Assembly (NCBI GenBank): GCA_963664015.2
Contig: CAXXLF010000001.1
Span: 416,001-480,000, forward strand
Reading direction: 5' to 3'
Length of the DNA: 64,000 nucleotides
Origin: Candidatus Binatia bacterium
GTDB lineage: Bacteria; Desulfobacterota; Binatia; UBA9968; CAXXLF01
Below, piece by piece: positions 57,553-64,000 of the stretch. How positions within the stretch are numbered: the first letter of the stretch is position 1; each line of letters begins with the position of its first letter. The position numbers and the translations under genes were made by a program. The notes beneath the pieces are model-generated. The model was not told where the DNA came from, made no database searches, and was given only the letters and a program-made list of their open reading frames with translations.

Positions 57553-58272
57553 CTAAGCCGCCTGAGGCTTTTTCGCCTTATAGGAGTTGAGATACTTGAG
57601 CCCCTCAGCAAGCGGCAGCACATCGGCATACTTTTGATTCATATCGAAGAGGTCCATGGCATGGGCGGCCTCATGCCGGTCGAAAACGCACTCCTCGACC
57701 ACGTTCATACGGTACCGGTTGGTGCAGCCGTCGACGACGCTTGCGCGTACACAGCCGCTGGTGCTCTCACCGCAGGTAATGATCGTGTCGACACCCAGAA
57801 AGTTTAGATGTCCCACGAGAGGCGTTCCCCAGAAGGCGCTCGGGGATGCCTTACGCAGCACCACCTCACCCTCAATGGGCTTTACCTCGTCCACAATCTC
57901 GAACTGGCGCTTGCGACGGTCAAGAGCTTCCGGACTCGACTCTGCCTTATTCTGTCCCGGACGATAGGCCCACGGCTTGACACCGGCACCATCCAGCCCA
58001 GTGAGATGGACGATGGGGATTCCGGCCTCCCGCGCTGCGGCGAGGAGTTTTTGGATGTGGGGTAACGCGTTCCAACCGGCCAGCCCACAGCTACCCGGCC
58101 ACGTCTTTATGGCCTCCAATAACGGTTCCGGCTTGTCTCCAAAAACCCACCGATAAAGATCGATAAGAAGTAGGGCCGGTTTCTGTCCCAAACCCACACT
58201 CCTTGCCCCTTTTGCGGCTACATGGGCCTTGTCTTGCTCGGTGAGAAAACGATCCCATACTCGTTCTGCCAT
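57553..58272 (-). CDS. Isochorismatase-family cysteine hydrolase (N-carbamoylsarcosine amidase/maleamate amidohydrolase-like)
   Basis: ALLLID, K..PSAF.GT, GESTSGCVRAS.VD. Confidence 0.88.
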   Translation of the reverse strand: MAERVWDRFLTEQDKAHVAAKGARSVGLGQKPALLLIDLYRWVFGDKPEPLLEAIKTWPGSCGLAGWNALPHIQKLLAAAREAGIPIVHLTGLDGAGVKPWAYRPGQNKAESSPEALDRRKRQFEIVDEVKPIEGEVVLRKASPSAFWGTPLVGHLNFLGVDTIITCGESTSGCVRASVVDGCTNRYRMNVVEECVFDRHEAAHAMDLFDMNQKYADVLPLAEGLKYLNSYKAKKPQAA

Positions 58273-58453
58273 GGAAGACCTCCTTTATTAAAGTATGCCA
58301 AAGTATACGCAAGATCGACTGACTCTTATTCAGCCATAATTATCACTGCCAACCTCCCGGCGTCAACCCAAGGTCCAAGCTATTACCTGGGGTGACTTGG
58401 CCCGACCGTGAGGTTGTTCAGATTGCAAAATGTCAAATGGATTGAGGCCCCCC

Positions 58454-59812
58454 TCAGGCGACCAGTGTCTTTTTCTTCGTGACCTCTTCAGCCTTCCGAT
58501 AGAGCTCCTGAAGCAATTCACGGTCGGGGCAATAACGATCCACATCGTCATCCATATAGCTCGATCCACCGGCAGCCACCTTGTGATAGTTCCCCCGGTA
58601 ATATTGGCCTGTCTCGCGAAACTGCTCCTGGGCAGGCACGGGAGGCTCCAAACGCTCGTTGTTGACCGGGTCTCGGAAGACGTTCATGGGCTCCCCGCCA
58701 TTCTTCACAACCTGAATCTGCTCTTTTAAAAGTTTCCGATAATCGAGGATGCATCGGTCGGAAGTCGTTAGGTGTTCCTGAGTCCTATCGACGAGCTCCC
58801 CCTGCGCATACCATGCCACCATGTCCTGCCCTAGTACGTAGTCGAGGATGTACTCCCCTTTTTCATTTTTCAAAGAGACCTCGGCATAGGGAGGAGACGC
58901 CTGATTCGGCACCTCTATTTCAGTCGGAAAAACGTAACAGTGATAGGAGATATGCCACGTGGTGGTGTCGTCCACCGGCACACCGATCTGATACACCTGC
59001 CGTATCCTCTGGCGATGGCCCGAATGCAGGGTATTCGGGAAAAGCACCGGGTTCATTCCGACGTTCCAGGTGGGTTGATCCTCACTTTGATCCGACGGGA
59101 GGGTCCCCTTGGTAAATCCGTACTCGTTAGGGATCGTACGGTATTTCGTATAGACGCCTTTTTTCAGATTCTCCTCTTGTTTTTTCATTGTGGCGTTGAA
59201 CCGCCGGGTGGGATCGTCGGTCAAGCGGCCCTGACGCTCCAGAACGTACTGATGCAACCGTCCGTGTAGGTAGACAACGTGCCCCAGATCTCCTCGGTTC
59301 TCCATGACCTGAAGCCAGTTGCATGGTAACCAGTGCCCGACGATCTGCCGAAACCCATCTCCCCTTACGAAAAGATCCCAGCGCGGGAGGAGCGGCATAG
59401 GCTCGGGCCCCAGGTAGGCCCAGATAAGCCCTCCCATCTCCTCAACCGGATAGGCCGTGATCTTTATCTTATCCTTATAAGTGCTGTCCGGCGGCTCCAG
59501 CGGTTGTTCCAGACAGCGTCCCGTCTTATCGTAAAGCCAACCGTGGTAGCAGCACCTCAGCCCTTTTTGTTCGGGGATTCCGAACTCCAGATGCGACAGG
59601 CGATGGGCGCACCGAGGCCCAACGAGACCGAGCTCACCTGACCTATCCTTATATAGGACCAGTTCCTCACCCAGGATCTTGACTTTACGAACCGGATTTT
59701 CGTCAAGCTGTGCCGTAACCGCCACCGGATGCCAGTAACGCCGCATAAGGTCGCCGCAGGGCGTGCCCGGACCGACTCGGCTCATCATATCGTTTTCTTC
59801 AGGCCCGATCAT
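58454..59812 (-). CDS. Rieske non-heme iron oxygenase alpha subunit (phthalate dioxygenase/LigX-like)
   Basis: CAHR...CCYHGW Rieske motif; ENRGDLGHVVYLH and QD iron ligands. Confidence 0.9.
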   Translation of the reverse strand: MIGPEENDMMSRVGPGTPCGDLMRRYWHPVAVTAQLDENPVRKVKILGEELVLYKDRSGELGLVGPRCAHRLSHLEFGIPEQKGLRCCYHGWLYDKTGRCLEQPLEPPDSTYKDKIKITAYPVEEMGGLIWAYLGPEPMPLLPRWDLFVRGDGFRQIVGHWLPCNWLQVMENRGDLGHVVYLHGRLHQYVLERQGRLTDDPTRRFNATMKKQEENLKKGVYTKYRTIPNEYGFTKGTLPSDQSEDQPTWNVGMNPVLFPNTLHSGHRQRIRQVYQIGVPVDDTTTWHISYHCYVFPTEIEVPNQASPPYAEVSLKNEKGEYILDYVLGQDMVAWYAQGELVDRTQEHLTTSDRCILDYRKLLKEQIQVVKNGGEPMNVFRDPVNNERLEPPVPAQEQFRETGQYYRGNYHKVAAGGSSYMDDDVDRYCPDRELLQELYRKAEEVTKKKTLVA

Positions 59813-59890
59813 ACGGTGATTTTCCCATCCCTTTCGTAAATATTGAAGGGTTCCTTATTCCATGGTGACCATGCCTACCGACCGTTTGGG

Positions 59891-60325
59891 TTAACCTGCC
59901 AACCAGCGATCAAGAGACAAAACTCCCCCACCACCAACCAAAAGCGCCAGGTTCATCAAAAGAAGAACCAGACAGTACTCAATCCCGCTGCCACTTCCCG
60001 GGCCGTGGGCCATAAAGAAACCATTCCCCCAGTGGCCCTTCCGCATCGCAACCCACATGAAGATCATGAGCCCCAGCACAACCAACCTGGTCATGAATCC
60101 GATCACCAGCGCGAAGCTGCCAAAAAATTCGGTGAAGACACCGATAACCCCGATGGCGACGGGAATCTGATACCTTTCGTTCCAGTTAGTGACGGTTGAT
60201 TTTAAACCACGCCCGCCGAACCAACCGGCAAAATGCTGCGACCCATGAGCGAAGAATACGACGGCGAGACATAAACGAAGGATAAGCAATGCCGGGGAGG
60301 ACTCGCTCTGAAAGAATACATCCAT
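59891..60325 (-). CDS. DoxX family membrane protein
   Basis: LRL.L...F..HG.Q, EF.G....G..TR, GIEY, G.LSLD. Confidence 0.88.
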   Translation of the reverse strand: MDVFFQSESSPALLILRLCLAVVFFAHGSQHFAGWFGGRGLKSTVTNWNERYQIPVAIGVIGVFTEFFGSFALVIGFMTRLVVLGLMIFMWVAMRKGHWGNGFFMAHGPGSGSGIEYCLVLLLMNLALLVGGGGVLSLDRWLAG

Positions 60326-60599
60326 GAGTACACCGCCTTTTCAACTAGGTGTGCCCGTATGCTATCCGGCCCTCTCCTACCTTGTCAAGGGATTGGAACA
60401 CGCACCGATGGGACCCGGGCTGCACTCGCCGGACGGACCGAAAGTTTTGTAATATAGCCTTTGGGTCCATGCCTATAGACTTGACGACTTCGATACCATC
60501 GGTCAAAGTTGCCGTGGGTTGCCGGTTCCTAAGTACCCGCGGCGATTTTAAAAACAACTGGGTCCATTAACGTCCCGATCAAAACACGAGGGGATTACT

Positions 60600-61613
60600 A
60601 TGGAGCGAGAGGAAACAGGATTTAGCTTTATTAGTTTAAAGTCACTCGCAGACTTTTTAAACTTTAGCTTCGTCCTTATGGATAGCACCACCCTTGATGC
60701 ACTCAGATATCAATACGGCCAATGGCCGGTTAGTCTGGCTGCCAGCTTATGGACTTGGGACCCAGATGACGCCGTATCCGAAAATGACGCCTGCAACCTT
60801 CAGCAAGAATTACAGCGAGACCTAACCCCGATCATCCCGCCGGCCAAGGTAGACAACCCGACAGAAGCCTACAAGCGAATCGACAAATTGTTCAAAAAAA
60901 TCAACGACGTGGGTTTGCACACCGGGTGGTCTATCGATCCTGTTGAACATACGTGGGCACCGGTCAGACACTCCTCTGAATTCGGAGCCTTTGAATTGAT
61001 AAAAAAGGCACCAGTTAAAAAACTGGAAACATCTGAGACTCTCTCTTCGCCACAACGGGTTATAGACGTTTTGGGGTACAAGTGGTTCCTTGGCCGGGTC
61101 CCGGAGGGATTTTCAACAACCCTTTCGCGGGACAAGCTGTACCTAGTCATCCTAGACGCCCTGGAGAGAGGGGAGTTTTCGAGGCTTAAAAGGTGCCAAT
61201 CAGACAAGTGCCAAAAGTTCTTCATTGCCGATCCTCCGGGAAAGAGTTTCTGCAATCCAGAACACACATTGGAGGCGGACGAGAATGAAGCCACAAGGCA
61301 CGTGAGAGAGCAACGGATAGAGGAAGAAGAAGAAAAACAGAGAAAAGCGTGGCCGTCGTCTGAACGCAAGGCCTTCGTCCTTTTCTTAAAATTGCTAAAA
61401 CAGGCTAGGACAAGAAAATATGGCAAAGAAAGCCCGGGCAACACGGAACCAACAACTCATGCCTTGGACCAGTGGGAGAAAGGGTCTTCACTCAATGAAA
61501 TATGGCTCGGTTTTGATGCTGAGGTGAAAAACACTTTCCAGGCGACTACGAGAAATAGAGCTAAACGCAAAGGGAAACCCCCTGAGGCAAAAACAAGGAA
61601 AAGGCGACCCTAA
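60600..61613 (+). CDS. Hypothetical protein with CGNR-type zinc-finger-like motif
   Basis: 337-aa ORF; RLKRCQSDKCQKFF......FCNPEH; basic C-terminal tail. Confidence 0.55.
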   Translation: MEREETGFSFISLKSLADFLNFSFVLMDSTTLDALRYQYGQWPVSLAASLWTWDPDDAVSENDACNLQQELQRDLTPIIPPAKVDNPTEAYKRIDKLFKKINDVGLHTGWSIDPVEHTWAPVRHSSEFGAFELIKKAPVKKLETSETLSSPQRVIDVLGYKWFLGRVPEGFSTTLSRDKLYLVILDALERGEFSRLKRCQSDKCQKFFIADPPGKSFCNPEHTLEADENEATRHVREQRIEEEEEKQRKAWPSSERKAFVLFLKLLKQARTRKYGKESPGNTEPTTHALDQWEKGSSLNEIWLGFDAEVKNTFQATTRNRAKRKGKPPEAKTRKRRP

Positions 61614-61669
61614 CGAATGGCATCCCGGTTTAGTGTTTTGGTATTAATCAGATTGACGGGAGGGTATTA

Positions 61670-62725
61670 ATGCTTGTCCGGGGAGACTGGGGCCCTGATT
61701 TCGTCCTGCCACGACAAGACGGAAGGTCAATGCGCTTTTACGGCTGGGCCGGCGGAGCGCCTACTGTTCTTCTCTTCATAGGGACGATTGAGAGTAACGA
61801 GATGCGGGACACACTCGTATCGTTTTCGAAAGAGCTGAATAATCGACGGCAAGAGAACATATCGCTCTTTGCCGTGAACCGGGATGCTCCCGCCAACAAC
61901 AAGAGGGTTGCAGATGAATTGGGGATCTCCCTTCCGATACTTTCAGATAGTGAAGGTTCGGTAGGTTTGTCTTATGGGATAGATCCCAATGAGAGGATGA
62001 TCGTTATCGTCCTTGGCCCCAACCTTAGGGTCATTGAGGCGCATCGGTTATCAGATCGAGAGTCTTCCGTAGAGAGGATCCTCAGCGCCATAAGAGGGCT
62101 TCCACGCCTCGAGCCCACAGAGATTGTTATGCAGGCACCGGTTCTCTTGGTACCGGAAGTACTCGAAATGGAAGTCTGCCAGCATCTGATCGAAGTTTGG
62201 CAGACCCAGGGAAATGTGGAAACAGGGGTGGAGCACTCGAGTGAAGGGCAACGTGGGGATGCTATTATTCCCGGGGCAAAGCATCGGCGAGATCACGTAG
62301 TGAACAATGAAGCACTCCTCCGAGAGCTCACGTCTCGAGTCGGACGTCGGCTTATCCCGGAGATTCGCAAGGCATTCTCCTTCAGCGCCACGCGCTTTGA
62401 AGGATTCAAAATTGCTTGCTACGACGCCTTGATAGGCGGATTTTTCAGTGCTCACCGCGACAACTTAAGTCCGGCAACGGCCCACCGTCGCTTTGCCCTC
62501 ACTTTGAATCTCAATGAGGGATATGAAGGTGGATATCTCCGGTTTCCCGAATACGGCCCCCATCTTTATCGCCCGGGAACTGGGGGTGCCATTGTATTCT
62601 CTGCCTCCCTTTTGCATGAGGTCCTCGAAGTAACGACGGGCGAACGTTTTGTCCTTCTCTCCTTTTTGTATGGGGAAGAAAAAGCCCGGATCTCTCGCCC
62701 CGTGCCGAAATCAGGCGAGGGGTAA
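61670..62725 (+). CDS. Redoxin (AhpC/TSA-like) + 2OG-Fe(II) oxygenase fusion
   Basis: N-terminal PDFVLP...LSD..G..YG; C-terminal HRD, YEGG.L.F, H.V..VT.G.R. Confidence 0.8.
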   Translation: MLVRGDWGPDFVLPRQDGRSMRFYGWAGGAPTVLLFIGTIESNEMRDTLVSFSKELNNRRQENISLFAVNRDAPANNKRVADELGISLPILSDSEGSVGLSYGIDPNERMIVIVLGPNLRVIEAHRLSDRESSVERILSAIRGLPRLEPTEIVMQAPVLLVPEVLEMEVCQHLIEVWQTQGNVETGVEHSSEGQRGDAIIPGAKHRRDHVVNNEALLRELTSRVGRRLIPEIRKAFSFSATRFEGFKIACYDALIGGFFSAHRDNLSPATAHRRFALTLNLNEGYEGGYLRFPEYGPHLYRPGTGGAIVFSASLLHEVLEVTTGERFVLLSFLYGEEKARISRPVPKSGEG

Positions 62726-63009
62726 ACAAAAGCAGGCCAAATTGCTCGACTCAAACACAATGAAAGCGTCGTTTAATTGAATGTTGGAGTGGTCAACTAC
62801 CTTTTCCCCCTAAGATATTGCTACCTTGATCATCAATAGTTCATAGCGTCCCCAATCTTTGAGTAGGCTTCTGTTATTAAATGAGAACATTGGTTATAGT
62901 GATCTGTTGTTGGACCGTGGTGGCAAGCCAAGTTCCATGGAGTTCACCTGCGAGGTTGAGGTATTGCCAGTATCTGATATAGACTGGATTCAGGTCAGGA
63001 GGGCCATAC

Positions 63010-63255
63010 ATGAGCGAAGCGCCAAAAAGTGACAAGCCAAAGGTCACCATCATTACCAGCAAAGGAGCCAGCCAGGCCATCAACTATCTGCTCGAAGACC
63101 GTGACGAGCTGGAGTGGCTTGTAGCCATTGGCCGTAACCGAAACGGTGACATTTTCTTCTACGACACGGGTGGCGACATCGTCCAGGACCTCGGAGCACT
63201 GGAATATATGAAGGATCGAATCCTGCGGGACTACTTCGGCGATAATGGCGATTAA
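63010..63255 (+). CDS. Small hypothetical protein
   Basis: AGGAGG RBS, 81-aa ORF with protein-like composition. Confidence 0.6.
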   Translation: MSEAPKSDKPKVTIITSKGASQAINYLLEDRDELEWLVAIGRNRNGDIFFYDTGGDIVQDLGALEYMKDRILRDYFGDNGD

Positions 63256-63439
63256 CGTGTTTCACCGAAGAGCCCTTTGAGTTTTCCACAGCCCAGATTC
63301 AATCTTAATTAAATATACGACAGCGCTTGTCAGGCTTACTTCCTGATCGTCTGTGAGTTTACCGAATCTTCTGGCAAAACCTTTCAATATTTTCGTAGAC
63401 GGCAGCCCTAAATTTTTTTATTTATGATTCATGTTGTGG

Positions 63440-63469
63440 TTGACAAGGCTTTCCATGTCGGGCTAGTAT
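63440..63469 (+). promoter_or_regulatory. Sigma70-type promoter
   Basis: TTGACA-18nt-TAGTAT upstream of AAGGAGG RBS. Confidence 0.45.
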
Positions 63470-63524
63470 TTCTACTTTCAACAATCCAACCGGAAACTTA
63501 GACGCAATAAACAAGGAGGCCATT

Positions 63525-63958
63525 ATGTTTGCAGACAAGAAGCAGAACGGCACAGGACCAGGGAGTCCTCTTCTCACGGTCTTGGGTGACTCCGCCCGTC
63601 TCGAAGGTAAGTTCACCATAGGAAACTCCATAACGATCGAGTGTGAGGTGGCAGGAGAGATCAATGTAGAGGGTCGATTGGTGATCGCCGAGAAGGGAAT
63701 CGTCCGGGCCGATGTCACCACGGCCGATGCCCTGATCGAGGGACAGTATGAAGGAAGCATGGTGCCACTGGAAACGTTGAGATCACCTCGTCGGGCCGTG
63801 TTTCAGGTAATATAGCGACCGACTCCCTAGTGATCTCCAAAGGCGGTTTTTTCAACGGCAACGTCTCGAAGATGTTACACGGGACCGAGATCGTGCCCGA
63901 ACATCGTACCGGCCCATCGCTGGTGGAGCCGACTCCCGCTGCAAAAAAACCCGCATAA
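63525..63958 (+). pseudogene. Bactofilin (polymer-forming cytoskeletal protein), frameshift near 63763
   Basis: TVLG....LEG...I.G.L.I...G.V..D...I.G.Y.G continues in another frame as ATGNVEITSSGRVSGNI...LVISKGGFFNG to TAA 63958. Confidence 0.8.
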
Positions 63959-64000
63959 GCGGAACAGTTTTCAAGACTTAGGAGGAAAACGTCATGTGGC

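Overview
Chromosomal window from a Gram-negative, deltaproteobacteria-like organism (gene style suggests Candidatus Binatia; this is inference only). Positions 1-20.8 kb hold a minus-strand surface-glycan locus. It encodes a legionaminic-acid-type nonulosonate pathway with a WbuX/HisH/HisF amidotransferase trio, gmd, and a CDP-3,6-dideoxyhexose pathway with an RmlD-DdhC fusion. It is headed by a NusG/RfaH paralogue and a degenerate RAYT-like HUH gene. The rest is housekeeping and accessory genes: aroE, lgt, dtd, trmL, ABC systems, rpoH, pgpA, HtrA, class II nrdJ with NrdR boxes, DciA-like, mlaEFD, rlmD, an ECF sigma/anti-sigma pair, a Rieske oxygenase and bactofilin. The most striking non-genic signal lies in the spacers between about 17 and 55 kb. 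Many are modular, often mirror-symmetric cassettes built from degenerate 7- and 9-nt tandem repeats plus nested palindromic elements. They show empty and filled versions of the same insertion site, flank a four-helix-bundle (IVS/Avd-like) gene, and have inserted in frame into an epimerase CDS. Six genes carry in-frame stops or frameshifts. I saw no rRNA, tRNA or CRISPR array.
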